This document shows positions 9,663 through 18,966 of a DNA stretch of 64,000 bases, in pieces; the first letter of the stretch is position 1; the number at the start of each line of letters is the position of its first letter. Both the position numbers and the translations under genes were made by a program. Origin of the DNA: Candidatus Micrarchaeota archaeon (GTDB lineage Archaea > Micrarchaeota > Micrarchaeia > Anstonellales > Bilamarchaeaceae); NCBI GenBank assembly GCA_038046765.1, contig JBBSVN010000003.1, forward strand, positions 89,222 to 153,221, in the 5' to 3' direction. The notes beneath the pieces were generated by a model. That model made no database searches. It saw only the letters and a list, made by a program, of their open reading frames with translations, and was not told the DNA's origin.

Positions 9663-11084
9663 TTACTTTTTTACTATCTTCTCAACTCCCTTTCCAAATT
9701 CAAAGAGTGTATTTTCTTCCAAATGATTACAAATTAATTGCGCTGCGATAGGTAGTCCGTTTGATTTAGCAATAGGAATTGATAGATGGGGTAATCCAAT
9801 TAAGTTGGGTGGAATGGTACATTTATCAAGCGCGTAATTCTGCATTGGTGTCAATTTCTTTATATCACTAAATTTAGGAGGTAAAATTGGCATTGCGGGA
9901 GTTACGATTGCGTCAAACTCCTTGAAGACTTTAGTAAATTCTTCCTTTATTTTTGTTCGAACTTTTGTTGCTTTTAAGTAATATTTCTCCTTGTATCCAG
10001 CAGTTCGAACAAACGTACCAAGAATGATTCTTCGTTTTTCTTCACTAGAAAAGTATTTTGACCGTATGTTTGTAAAGTGTTCATTAAAGCTGCCCTTTAT
10101 CTCTTCTTGAGCTCCATAACGCATTCCATAGAATTTAGCTAAGTTTGAACTAGCTTCTGCAGTTGCTATAATATAATAGACATAAGTAGCATAATCAATT
10201 ATTGGAAGTGAAATTTCTTTGTATTTAATTCCTTCTTTTTCTAGTTTTTTAATAAAATCCCAAAATTCTTTTTTAACTACTTCATCGCAGTTTTCAACCA
10301 TTTCTTTTACTATTGCAATTTGTTTTACGGGTTTTATTTTTGGTTCGCTTACTTGTAAACTTGTTTCATCCTTAATGTCACGACCAAACATTACTTTTGA
10401 TACAATTTCACAGTCTTCAACTGTTTTTCCAAGCGTTCCGATTTTATCTAAACTATTGGCGTAATCAATTAGTCCGTAACGTGAAATTCTGCCGTAAGTA
10501 GGTGTAAAACCAATAACATTGCAGAATGCTGCGGGTGCAGTTATACTTCCTCCGGTAGATTCTCCAATCGCAACATGAGCATTTTTTATCGCGAGCGTTG
10601 CAGCTCCGGCTCCACCACTACTTCCACCGCAACTTCGCTCTTTATCAAGCGGGTTTTTAGGAATAGGCATATTTGCTCCAACGTTCGTATTAAAAGTCCC
10701 AAAACCGAAGGAATCCATGGCAGTTTTTCCGATTATTATGGCGCCTTGCTCCTCTAATTTACTAATTGCAGTTGAACTAAAGGGCGGAATATAACTAGAT
10801 AATATCGCACTTCCGCACGTTGTCCGAATTCCTTTGGTACAAAGATTATCTTTTACCGAGATAGGAAGTCCCAATAAGGACAAGTTATTTGCCTTGCCAT
10901 CTTTGATCGCTTGCTTTAGCAACTTGGCTCTTTCTAGCGCGTATTCTGTACTGGGTGTTATAAAAAAGTTGAACTGATCGTTCGCTTTTTCCCCGTCTTC
11001 AAGAGTTTTTTGCGTATGCTCTAGAATATCTAATTCTCCGGATTGAATTTGTTTTATAAATGTTTTAATTGACAAAAGTATCAC
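9663..11084 (-). CDS. gatA: Asp/Glu-tRNA amidotransferase subunit A
   Basis: Amidase signature PISVKD, GGSSGG, ESTGGSI, EASSNLA; adjacent to gatB. Confidence 0.95.
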   Translation of the reverse strand: MILLSIKTFIKQIQSGELDILEHTQKTLEDGEKANDQFNFFITPSTEYALERAKLLKQAIKDGKANNLSLLGLPISVKDNLCTKGIRTTCGSAILSSYIPPFSSTAISKLEEQGAIIIGKTAMDSFGFGTFNTNVGANMPIPKNPLDKERSCGGSSGGAGAATLAIKNAHVAIGESTGGSITAPAAFCNVIGFTPTYGRISRYGLIDYANSLDKIGTLGKTVEDCEIVSKVMFGRDIKDETSLQVSEPKIKPVKQIAIVKEMVENCDEVVKKEFWDFIKKLEKEGIKYKEISLPIIDYATYVYYIIATAEASSNLAKFYGMRYGAQEEIKGSFNEHFTNIRSKYFSSEEKRRIILGTFVRTAGYKEKYYLKATKVRTKIKEEFTKVFKEFDAIVTPAMPILPPKFSDIKKLTPMQNYALDKCTIPPNLIGLPHLSIPIAKSNGLPIAAQLICNHLEENTLFEFGKGVEKIVKK

Positions 11085-11157
11085 GTTTAATTAGTAACTA
11101 ATAACTATAGATATTACCTAATTTAGATTTTTAAACCATCCCTGGTATAAGAAATCT

Positions 11158-12330
11158 ATGAAATTTTTCAAAAAAATTGGAATTACGGTATTATTCTTTC
11201 TTTTCGCATTAAATCTTACTTTTTCTGATAACTTATTTAGCAGGTTACAGTTTTCTAGTGCAAACCAATTTGGTGTACCACTTGAGAATGTATCCTTTTC
11301 CATAGAGTGTACGAGCGATAGAAATCCGTATCCTACTTTTCCATTAAATGGTAAATCTTTTGCATGTTCGACAGATAAGACGGGCAAGTGTTTCCCAGAA
11401 ATATGTTATGCTTGTCCAGCTAATTCAGAAGTTAAGGTTTATGCTAAATACTACGCTACTGAAAATTACCAGGTAATTTGGAAATGGGCTGGATATTCTA
11501 GTGAATCTGGTTTTCCAGGTACCTGTTCATATTTTAAAAGTCCACCATCAAACGATCTGTCTCCATTCACTTTTAGCACTTATACTTTAGGAGTAAATCT
11601 AAAAGATCAGAATAACGAATACGTAAGCGGGGCAACGGTAACTGTGGGTTCGACCTCGGGTTTTTACACAACGTGCATTGCTGATAATCTTGGAACATGT
11701 ATGATTTACAACATACCTGAAGACGCTTACAATGTAAAAGCAAGTTATCAAGGAACAGAAAATCAAACATCAATCAATCTTGACGCAGATAAAGTAATCA
11801 ATTTAAGATTAGACAAATCAAACTTAAGATTAACATTCAACTTTTTGGATAAACAAAACCAACCATTATCTGGGGTAGAATTGTATGTTTATTCAGTTAA
11901 TAAAAATAAATATCTAGTTTCAAAAATATCCGCTAGTTCAACTGAATATGTTTCAGTTTCACAAGGAGATAACATAAACTACTTGGTAAAATACCGGGGA
12001 ACGGTTGTAAAATCAGATCAATTTGTGGCAAGAACAAATAGCGAACTAAACGTAACTGTTGGCTGTGATAGATGCCAAGATGGAAGTTGTAGCTTTTATT
12101 GTCCTAGTACAAATAATCAAGTCAATAATAATCCAAAAACAGCAGAAGTACCTGTGATTGTTACACAAAATAATTCTAATGAGTCGAATCTAACTCTTTT
12201 AGCGAACAATAATGATAAATCTGTACCGACAAATCCTAATTCGAATGATTTGCTAATCGGACTAGCTTTAGGAATGATTTTAGTTTTAGCACTTCTGGGA
12301 GTGTATTTACTAATAAAAAATAGACGATAA
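11158..12330 (+). CDS. Surface-anchored protein (signal peptide, Cys-rich and beta-sandwich/carboxypeptidase-regulatory-like region, N/T-rich linker, C-terminal TM)
   Basis: Hydrophobic N-terminus, D...P..GA.V.V-type repeats, C-terminal TM followed by KNRR. Confidence 0.7.
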   Translation: MKFFKKIGITVLFFLFALNLTFSDNLFSRLQFSSANQFGVPLENVSFSIECTSDRNPYPTFPLNGKSFACSTDKTGKCFPEICYACPANSEVKVYAKYYATENYQVIWKWAGYSSESGFPGTCSYFKSPPSNDLSPFTFSTYTLGVNLKDQNNEYVSGATVTVGSTSGFYTTCIADNLGTCMIYNIPEDAYNVKASYQGTENQTSINLDADKVINLRLDKSNLRLTFNFLDKQNQPLSGVELYVYSVNKNKYLVSKISASSTEYVSVSQGDNINYLVKYRGTVVKSDQFVARTNSELNVTVGCDRCQDGSCSFYCPSTNNQVNNNPKTAEVPVIVTQNNSNESNLTLLANNNDKSVPTNPNSNDLLIGLALGMILVLALLGVYLLIKNRR

Positions 12331-12352
12331 TGACTCGCTCTAGATTAGTTAT

Positions 12353-12835
12353 TTAGTCTTGGTTTAATTTTTTTATTTCTTCTAAAACTTCTTTTGCGTG
12401 TCCTTCTGGGTTTACGTTTTCCCAAATTCTTAGGATCTCTCCATCTTTTGCGATTAAGAACGTCGTTCGCATCGACCCCATATGTTCTTTTCCCATAAAT
12501 TGTTTTTTCTGCCAGACGCCGTATGATTGATTAATTTTTTTGTTCGTGTCTGCAATTAAATTGATCGTAAGTTGTTTTCCTTCTACAAATTTTTTGTGTG
12601 AATCACAATCGTCTTTACTTACTCCTAAAATCACAGCGTTCGCTTGAGCAAACTCATTATTTAGCTTTGTAAAATCTAATGCTTCAATTGTGCACCCAGG
12701 AGTATCATCTTTTGGGTAAAAATATACTACAACGTATTTCCCTAGAAAATCTTTAAGAGAAATTTCTTTTTTATCTTGGTTTAGGCCAGAAAATTCAGGT
12801 GCTTTTTCTCCGATTTTTAGTGTTACGTAAGACAT
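12353..12835 (-). CDS. bcp: Peroxiredoxin, BCP/PrxQ type
   Basis: YFYPKDDTPGCTIEA, GVSKD, RTTFLI. Confidence 0.93.
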   Translation of the reverse strand: MSYVTLKIGEKAPEFSGLNQDKKEISLKDFLGKYVVVYFYPKDDTPGCTIEALDFTKLNNEFAQANAVILGVSKDDCDSHKKFVEGKQLTINLIADTNKKINQSYGVWQKKQFMGKEHMGSMRTTFLIAKDGEILRIWENVNPEGHAKEVLEEIKKLNQD

Positions 12836-12887
12836 AGATTAAACTATGCTAAGTAAATTTAAAAAGAAATGATACGTAAAGATTAGC

Positions 12888-13433
12888 ATGGGAATGTTTG
12901 ATACTATATTTATTAACGTTCTTTGTCCGTATTGTAAAAAAGAGCACAACGACATCCAAACAAAGGCATTTGCAAACTTCCTAGATGAATATAAAACAGG
13001 GGATTTGCTTGAGCATTCTCCAATTGAGAACGATATTTTAAAAAGAGCTGCTTACGATTCCTGCGATGAGGCACATGACTTATTCTATTGCGATATTAAA
13101 GTAAAAAACTATAAATTAGTTGGACTTGGTAAACCAGTTAAGAATGAAAATTATGTTAAAAAACGAACTGAACTAGAAAAGAAAATCAAGGAAAGCACTA
13201 GATACAAGAAAAAAGTAAAAGAAACAGATAAAATGTATTCCAATATTCCAAAATTGTTAAAACAACTTAAATGGAAAAATCAAAAACCAATAAAAGATAT
13301 AAATTTTGAAATCAAAAGAAACCCTGATTTAAGAGTACTTAACAAAAAAGGTGTTTATCAGAAAGCAAAAATTAAGAAATTCACTAAAGATAAGATTATT
13401 ATAGAATTTCTAAAAGAAACTAAGAATAAGTGA
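12888..13433 (+). CDS. Hypothetical CxxC (zinc-ribbon-like) basic protein, paralog of 19704..20291
   Basis: MGMFDT...CPYCK...QTK.F...Y..GD...PIEN...AYDSC...FYCD.K. Confidence 0.75.
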   Translation: MGMFDTIFINVLCPYCKKEHNDIQTKAFANFLDEYKTGDLLEHSPIENDILKRAAYDSCDEAHDLFYCDIKVKNYKLVGLGKPVKNENYVKKRTELEKKIKESTRYKKKVKETDKMYSNIPKLLKQLKWKNQKPIKDINFEIKRNPDLRVLNKKGVYQKAKIKKFTKDKIIIEFLKETKNK

Positions 13434-13687
13434 GATACATGGTAAACCTGATGGTTGAAGTAACAAATCCTGAACTTAATGCCACGGAGGATTTAATTAC
13501 TGCATGGACACTGTGTAATGCTCATCTTGTAAAAAGAGCTAAAGATGAAGCCGAACTTTTTTCTTGGCAAAATTCTTGTAAGTCCTGTCAAAAAGAAAAA
13601 AAGAAAATTCGTGATCGATCACTAAAACTTTGGGGGAAGTTAGTCCGAGCTTATGATTCACCAAAGCGTAAGAAACATAAAAAATAA
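13430..13687 (+). CDS. Hypothetical protein with C..H / CxxC
   Basis: ORF overlapping the upstream stop (GTGA); WTLCNAH...CKSCQ. Confidence 0.6.
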   Translation: MRYMVNLMVEVTNPELNATEDLITAWTLCNAHLVKRAKDEAELFSWQNSCKSCQKEKKKIRDRSLKLWGKLVRAYDSPKRKKHKK

Positions 13688-13714
13688 TCAAGAACAAACA
13701 ATGGTAGGATATTC

Positions 13715-13741
13715 TTAGAATTTCTAAGTATTATTTAGATT
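13715..13741 (+). repeat. 27-bp direct repeat, copy 1
   Basis: TTAGAATTTCTAAGTATTATTTAGATT; 24/27 identical to 19321-19347. Confidence 0.65.
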
Positions 13742-13918
13742 GAGAAAATATACATGAAATAACTTGAAAAACCTAGATATTCTCCGACGTAAATTTTAGT
13801 GCATTCCATTCTTCGGTACACTTTTGTTTTTACAGCTGGCCTAAACGGACGAAAAAAGCTGACTGCTTTTTGCAAAGATTTTTATATAAGTTATAATATA
13901 TTATAATAAGGTGATACT

Positions 13919-14137
13919 GTGGCTGATGTTTTTCGTACTAAACTTAGAAAAATCGGAAGTTCCGTTGGTGTGTTAATTCCAAAGGAACAACTTCAAAATT
14001 TGGAAGTAGATGTGGGAGATGAAATAGATGTTGCTTTGCTAACGCATAAAAAACTTGCTGCAATCCAATCGGGTTTTGGTATGGCCAAACATTTTACCAA
14101 ACCATTTGAAAGAGATAAAAAATCAAGGGAATTTTAA
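13919..14137 (+). CDS. vapB: AbrB/MazE-family antitoxin
   Basis: KLRKIGSSVGVLIPK...GDEI; GGTGA SD; TAATG coupling to PIN gene. Confidence 0.88.
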   Translation: MADVFRTKLRKIGSSVGVLIPKEQLQNLEVDVGDEIDVALLTHKKLAAIQSGFGMAKHFTKPFERDKKSREF

Positions 14138-14523
14138 TGTTGCTTGATACTTCAGCCTGGATAGAATATTTTAAGGAGACAGAATTAGGCTTAAAAGTAA
14201 AGAAATTTATAGAGGAAAAACCAGTAGTTTATACCTGCCCTATAACTTTGGCCGAAATATCTAACTGGGTTTATAAAAATAACGAAGAACCATTTCCTTA
14301 TATATTTAAAATAAAGGAAATTTCCAAGATAATTGAACTTGATGAGGACATGTTAGTTAACGCCGGTAAAATCTACTACCAGGAACGAATACAAAAAAAG
14401 AATGAAAAAATTGGAATGATCGATTGTATTATTTATTCATGTGCAAACTTTCATGGACTAAAACTACTAACTAAGGATGGAGATTTTGGTGCATTATCTG
14501 ATGTGGAATTACTTAAGGAATAG
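14137..14523 (+). CDS. vapC: PIN-domain VapC toxin
   Basis: LLDTSAWIEYF, TLAEI, DCII..CA, LLTKD.DF. Confidence 0.92.
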   Translation: MLLDTSAWIEYFKETELGLKVKKFIEEKPVVYTCPITLAEISNWVYKNNEEPFPYIFKIKEISKIIELDEDMLVNAGKIYYQERIQKKNEKIGMIDCIIYSCANFHGLKLLTKDGDFGALSDVELLKE

Positions 14524-14595
14524 TTAAAGTTGTTAGAAAAGGAAAGAAAAGATAGCTATTTAAATGTTGGATGCTGAAAGATAATCGGTGAAATT

Positions 14596-15354
14596 TTGTC
14601 CAAATTATTATCATTTCAAAGAATTACAAAACCCGTAGTAACAACTTTGCTTGCAGCATCTTTAGTTTTTGGTTGTAAAAAATCAGATCCCCCTTCTTCA
14701 ATACATGAATTTTCATTAGCGTCTTGTCCTATGCCAGTTCTTAAATACCCAAGAACGGGAAGCTGGATGGATAGACAAAGGTGATTTGAAAATCATGTGT
14801 TTCTAAGAATAAGAGATGAGTCGCAAGAAAGTGAATTAAGATATGAAGAAAATAGACAACGCATAAAAATAAGAGACAGTCTACATGACGAAATTCAAAA
14901 GGAACACGATCCGCAAAAAAGAGCAATTTTATTGGACTATCTTATTTCCAATGGTACGGTTTCCACTCGATCTCGACATAGTTATGATCTTGAAGCGATG
15001 GAAATATTGCGTGCCCATCTACATTCTAAGATGCCTGAAGAAGCAAACCGAGCAGTGCAATTACTTTTGTGTGTTTTGTCGATAAGTCCTTTATATGCTG
15101 GTCCTTATGGTAACGATCTGGAAACAAAACAATCGGAAGATTTGACACGTCGTACTGCAAGACGTATGTTAACTGAAGCACTAGATAATGAAATAGTCAC
15201 TCCATGTCTTAAAGCTGAAATAGTATCTGCTACAAATGTCCAATTGGATGAAAAAAATAATGCAAATCCGCCTAAATCTAAAGAATGGGACAAACGACAC
15301 AGAATTTTAGACCCTTATTACTATATGCCTCCATGTTGTGAAATGTATTTGTGA
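14596..15354 (+). pseudogene. Lipobox-bearing ORF interrupted by one in-frame TGA (14782-14784)
   Basis: ORFs 14596..14784 and 14797..15354 share a frame: ...WMDRQR*FENHVFLRIRD...; GGTGA SD before TTG start; LVFGC lipobox. Confidence 0.6.
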
Positions 15355-15374
15355 AGTATATTAAAAACCGTTTC

Positions 15375-15458
15375 ACAGTAAACCATTTTCCTTTTTCAAA
15401 ACTGTAACAGTAAACCAAACACGCATCGAAAAAAGCGTTTTTAGCATATTGGTTTACT
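15375..15458. repeat. ACAGTAAACCA direct pair (32-bp period) plus inverted copy
   Basis: 15375-15385, 15407-15417 and TTGGTTTACT at 15449-15458. Confidence 0.55.
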
Positions 15459-15563
15459 ACAACAATGTTTAGCGAACATACTCGAACAGGAAAGCAAGCT
15501 TAAACGGGTAAAAGATAGCGAAAGATTGGATTTGATATGGTTTTGACCATAACTGGTGTACTG

Positions 15564-16337
15564 CTATGAGGTTAAGACGGAAGAGGGTTTACTTAGACAA
15601 TGTTTTACAGCAATAACATTTAGAAGTAAAAATATCATATTAAGTTCACTTTCGATTATTTCAATATCATGAATTTGATTTTCTTCTATGCCTGTATAAA
15701 TGAAATTTCGATCAGAAGTGGAATGTATATTTATTCTTTTCTGATGATGAACGATATCTTCTCTGATTCTTAATTCTCCTTGCTCTTTTTCTAATTTTTC
15801 TATATTTCCGTAACCTGTTTCAAGAATTTTTTTAATCCTACCTAGGTGGCTTTTATCCAGATACTTAACCCAATTTTTATCCCAATTTTTAAGAAGATGA
15901 TTCATACTATATGGGTATTTCCAATTCTTAGAATTTTCATACCCCTCTTTGACAGATAATTCTTTTAAAACTCCAACTAGGTCATCGTAACAGATCTTTA
16001 AGTAAATAAATATCGTTTCTATATTTGTTGTTAAATGATTTAATGCATAAACTGCGGAAGGAAAATCTTCTTCTTTGTCATAAATATTAAAACTTGCTTT
16101 ATTTTCTAGCATTAGTCTATAATAATACAATATAGAAATAATACAGTGATTAACATGATCAAAGTTTTTAACTTTGTTCGAATAATATGCCAAGGATATA
16201 TCAGTTAATTGAGCATTTAGTGAATCATATTTTTTTGCATCTTCTAAGTTCGGGATCATCGTTTTTGCTTTGTCAAGATATTTTTTTCGCATAGTTTTTG
16301 TTTCTTTATCCTCAAAAAATTCACTTATAATATCCAT
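15564..16337 (-). CDS. Putative HEPN-like helical protein
   Basis: All-alpha composition with RxxxxH motif (REDIVH) near the C-terminus. Confidence 0.5.
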   Translation of the reverse strand: MDIISEFFEDKETKTMRKKYLDKAKTMIPNLEDAKKYDSLNAQLTDISLAYYSNKVKNFDHVNHCIISILYYYRLMLENKASFNIYDKEEDFPSAVYALNHLTTNIETIFIYLKICYDDLVGVLKELSVKEGYENSKNWKYPYSMNHLLKNWDKNWVKYLDKSHLGRIKKILETGYGNIEKLEKEQGELRIREDIVHHQKRINIHSTSDRNFIYTGIEENQIHDIEIIESELNMIFLLLNVIAVKHCLSKPSSVLTS

Positions 16338-16379
16338 TTAAATCATCATCTTTCTAAATTTTTCTTATCTTTTCTAACA

Positions 16380-16988
16380 TTATCTTATATTCAATAATCT
16401 CATTATCCCTGTTGATGCAACGCATAAAACAAATAGCATAATCATTATAATAATTAAAGGCTTTGTAGACCTCCAGAAAGATTCAAACTTGGATATTTTC
16501 TTAACTTCTGCCTTAACTGTGTTTTGCTCTAAGAGTTCCGCAAATTTTTCATATTCTTTTTTATCCATACTATTAAATCTTAAATCAGATTTTTCTCTCT
16601 CATAAAAGATTGTTAAAATATACGTAGTACCCATTTTACTGTACTCGAACCATTTCTCAATCTTTGTAATTTTTGAATATCCAATAAATTCTTTATCTTC
16701 AACAGAATCTTTAAAAGCCAGAGGAAAGGTGTATTTTATGAAAAATCGCCTAACAATTATACCTTTTTCGGTCAGTTCGTATTGCCTCATTCCACTTCTA
16801 AAACCCATATCAAAGATCAGATAAATGAAAAACAGCGTACCTAAAATAGCTAAGATAGGATTGCCTTTAAAAAATGCAATGAATAGAAAACCTCCAATCA
16901 AAGTAAATATTCCTAAAAATAGGGCGAGTGTATTGAAGCTGGGTGTTGGGTTTATTTTCGGATATGTATAATTTGTTTCGTCCGTCAT
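16380..16988 (-). CDS. Hypothetical membrane protein (2 TM + soluble domain + TM)
   Basis: Hydrophobic segments; ATG supplied by the repeat module at 16981-17059. Confidence 0.7.
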   Translation of the reverse strand: MTDETNYTYPKINPTPSFNTLALFLGIFTLIGGFLFIAFFKGNPILAILGTLFFIYLIFDMGFRSGMRQYELTEKGIIVRRFFIKYTFPLAFKDSVEDKEFIGYSKITKIEKWFEYSKMGTTYILTIFYEREKSDLRFNSMDKKEYEKFAELLEQNTVKAEVKKISKFESFWRSTKPLIIIMIMLFVLCVASTGIMRLLNIR

Positions 16989-17059
16989 CCTTCCCGCCCG
17001 CACATAAACTCGATTTCGTTTAATCTTAAATCTTTTTTAGTAATTCTAAAACTTATTTA
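16981..17059 (-). repeat. Promoter-SD-start module, copy 1
   Basis: Minus strand TAAATAAGTTTTAGAA...ATTTAAGATTAAACGAAATCGAGTTTATGTGCGGGCGGGAAGGATGACGGA. Confidence 0.85.
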
Positions 17060-17128
17060 ATCAGCTCAAATTGGAGATTTTAAATAAAGTTCTCCTGTAT
17101 TATCACTGCTTAAAACATTTAAAGAATC

Positions 17129-17569
17129 TTAGTATTCTTCAGAGGACCTTTTTAAATTTCTGATCGCAATCACTGTAAAAAATACACCTAAAAAGGTTAT
17201 AAATCCAGAGATTTGAGGTGTTATTCTTGTCAATTCTGCTTTAAGAATTGTTATGACAATCATTACAAATATAAATACAGGTATGCAAATTATAAAATCT
17301 AGGATAAAATTCAATGTCGAAATTGCAAAATTCTTAAGAAAAATCATTCGAGTTAGGGCAAATAGAAACGCAACTATCAAAACCAACGGAATTGCAAGGA
17401 AAAAATTCATGTAATATTCTAGAAAAAGTTTTTCAAAATTTAAATACTTTGAAAGTAGATATAGTGGAGAAGGAAAAAACAGGGAGAATAAGAAGAACAG
17501 ACCCACTAATAATTGAACATAATCTAATAACCCCAAAATTATTTCTTGTAGATCTTCCATTTCTTTCAC
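17129..17569 (-). CDS. Hypothetical 4-TM membrane protein
   Basis: Four hydrophobic stretches. Confidence 0.6.
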   Translation of the reverse strand: MKEMEDLQEIILGLLDYVQLLVGLFFLFSLFFPSPLYLLSKYLNFEKLFLEYYMNFFLAIPLVLIVAFLFALTRMIFLKNFAISTLNFILDFIICIPVFIFVMIVITILKAELTRITPQISGFITFLGVFFTVIAIRNLKRSSEEY

Positions 17570-17608
17570 ATGTTATTGCATATTTACATTATTTTTTCTA
17601 AAACTTAT

Positions 17609-17839
17609 TTATATCTTCTTAAGTAATTCAAAATATTCTTCTCTTGAAATTCCAACTTCTCTAAGTATTACAAGAATTAAACCAACACCAACATCTTTCG
17701 AACGTATCGGCACAATCGTAATCTTCTTAGTTTGCGCATTTTCAAGTATCGCATGGGATCCTTTATGTCTAACTTCAAGGTACCCCAATAGATTTAGTAA
17801 TTTAATTAACTTTTTTCCAGGAATAGGAGTTAATCTCAT
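17609..17839 (-). CDS. hicA: HicA-family toxin
   Basis: LIKLL..LGY.EVRHKGSH, TIVP, GL...IL..VGISREE. Confidence 0.9.
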   Translation of the reverse strand: MRLTPIPGKKLIKLLNLLGYLEVRHKGSHAILENAQTKKITIVPIRSKDVGVGLILVILREVGISREEYFELLKKI

Positions 17840-18078
17840 GAAATCGACGCTACAGGCACAGCGACTTTTCTAACTTCGATAAATTTCATTGGGTTTTCTA
17901 CTTTTGATTGTGTGTATTCCAAGTACAAATCCATTGCTTCTTTAATATTTTCAACTACTTCGTTTATTGTATCGCCTTCGGTATGACAGCCAGGTAATTC
18001 TGGAACATATGCAACATAAACTTTATTCTCGTCTTGTTCGATTACGACTTCGTATTCTTTTATTTTTGATTTTTGCAT
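17836..18078 (-). CDS. hicB: HicB-family antitoxin
   Basis: YVAYVPELPGCHTEGDT.NE..ENIKEAMDLYLE; ATGA overlap with hicA. Confidence 0.92.
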   Translation of the reverse strand: MQKSKIKEYEVVIEQDENKVYVAYVPELPGCHTEGDTINEVVENIKEAMDLYLEYTQSKVENPMKFIEVRKVAVPVASIS

Positions 18079-18132
18079 ATTTGACACCTTAAAACATATG
18101 ATTTTTATTCTATTTAATTATTTGTTTTTTCG

Positions 18133-18208
18133 TCCGTCATCATTCCCGCCCGCATAAACTCGATTTCGTTTAATCTTGAATATTTTTATAAATTCTAAAT
18201 CTTTCTTA
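18133..18208 (-). repeat. Promoter-SD-start module, copy 2 (its frame stops within a few codons: MMTDEKTK*)
   Basis: Minus strand TAAGAAAGATTTAGAATTTATAAAAATATTCAAGATTAAACGAAATCGAGTTTATGCGGGCGGGAATGATGACGGA. Confidence 0.85.
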
Positions 18209-18215
18209 GTTCTCA

Positions 18216-18344
18216 CTACTTATAAGCTAACTCCTTAAGCGTTTGTTTCTTAGCATTAATAATCTCAAGGATTAAATCGTCAACAGACTTTCCATCTATG
18301 CTTTTGACAACCTTGATTTTCTCATTTTTCTCGTTGTTCATCAT
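18216..18344 (-). CDS. Small 42-aa ORF (possible antitoxin fragment)
   Basis: Manual translation MMNNEKNEKIKVVKSIDGKSVDDLILEIINAKKQTLKELAYK, started by repeat copy 3. Confidence 0.5.
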   Translation of the reverse strand: MMNNEKNEKIKVVKSIDGKSVDDLILEIINAKKQTLKELAYK

Positions 18345-18409
18345 TCCCGCCCACATAATCTCGATTTCGTTTAATCTTAAATATTTTTATCTTTTCTAAA
18401 ACTTACTTA
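18339..18409 (-). repeat. Promoter-SD-start module, copy 3
   Basis: Minus strand TAAGTAAGTTTTAGAAAAGATAAAAATATTTAAGATTAAACGAAATCGAGATTATGTGGGCGGGAATGATG. Confidence 0.85.
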
Positions 18410-18570
18410 GACGTTAATACTTGTGATCGTACTTTTTCGCAACTATGGTCCAAACAAGACTTATACAACAAAATAACCTGACGAATAGCTTCCGGTCTAT
18501 TTGTTGCACAACCTGTCTTGATCATTCCATCTAAGATATCCAAAACATCGTCTTGTAGTTTAATTTTCAT
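18403..18570 (-). CDS. Ribbon-helix-helix (CopG-like) small protein, 55 aa
   Basis: Manual translation MKIKLQDDVLDILDGMIKTGCATNRPEAIRQVI...; ATGA overlap with vapC stop. Confidence 0.65.
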   Translation of the reverse strand: MKIKLQDDVLDILDGMIKTGCATNRPEAIRQVILLYKSCLDHSCEKVRSQVLTSK

Positions 18571-18965
18571 TTTAACAACTCGTTTTTATATTTTATTGCC
18601 TTTAGAATATTTTCATCATAACAAGCAACAGGCATTTGCAAAAATTTAGCTAAGAAAACTATTGAGGCGTCAATATAACTAAGCTTAAACTGTTGATTCT
18701 TAAACTCCTTGAGAGTAGATAAACGATCTTCAAGTTCCCAGTGTTGGACAAAAAAATTCTCTTCGGCATATTCTAAAAATGTCTTTGCAGCATTTAACCC
18801 ATTATAGTACAGTAGAACAGTAGCAGTTTCGCCTAATATATGCTCAGTAATCATGAGGTCAATCTTTTTTTCTTCATACTCTTTCATATCTTTTATTGCT
18901 TTGTCATGTTGGGAGTCTTTTTCATGAAAAAATGCAACTAAAAATGAGCTATCTGCTAAAATCAT
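18567..18965 (-). CDS. vapC: PIN-domain VapC toxin
   Basis: MILADSSFLVA...DSQH..A, ILGETAT, LSYIDASI, YDE. Confidence 0.9.
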   Translation of the reverse strand: MILADSSFLVAFFHEKDSQHDKAIKDMKEYEEKKIDLMITEHILGETATVLLYYNGLNAAKTFLEYAEENFFVQHWELEDRLSTLKEFKNQQFKLSYIDASIVFLAKFLQMPVACYDENILKAIKYKNELLK

Positions 18966-18966
18966 T

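Noticed and set aside
8212..11084. Missing gatC as a novelty
   Set aside because: gatC is small, divergent and often unlinked; absence cannot be judged from one window
13845..13857. ACGGACGAAAAAA matching the start of repeat copy 2 in reverse
   Set aside because: 13-mer with a poly-A half and no flanking similarity; may be chance
16981..18409. CRISPR array interpretation of the three repeats
   Set aside because: Spacing is irregular (about 1150 and 200 bp), the repeats are long and contain start codons, and no cas genes are present
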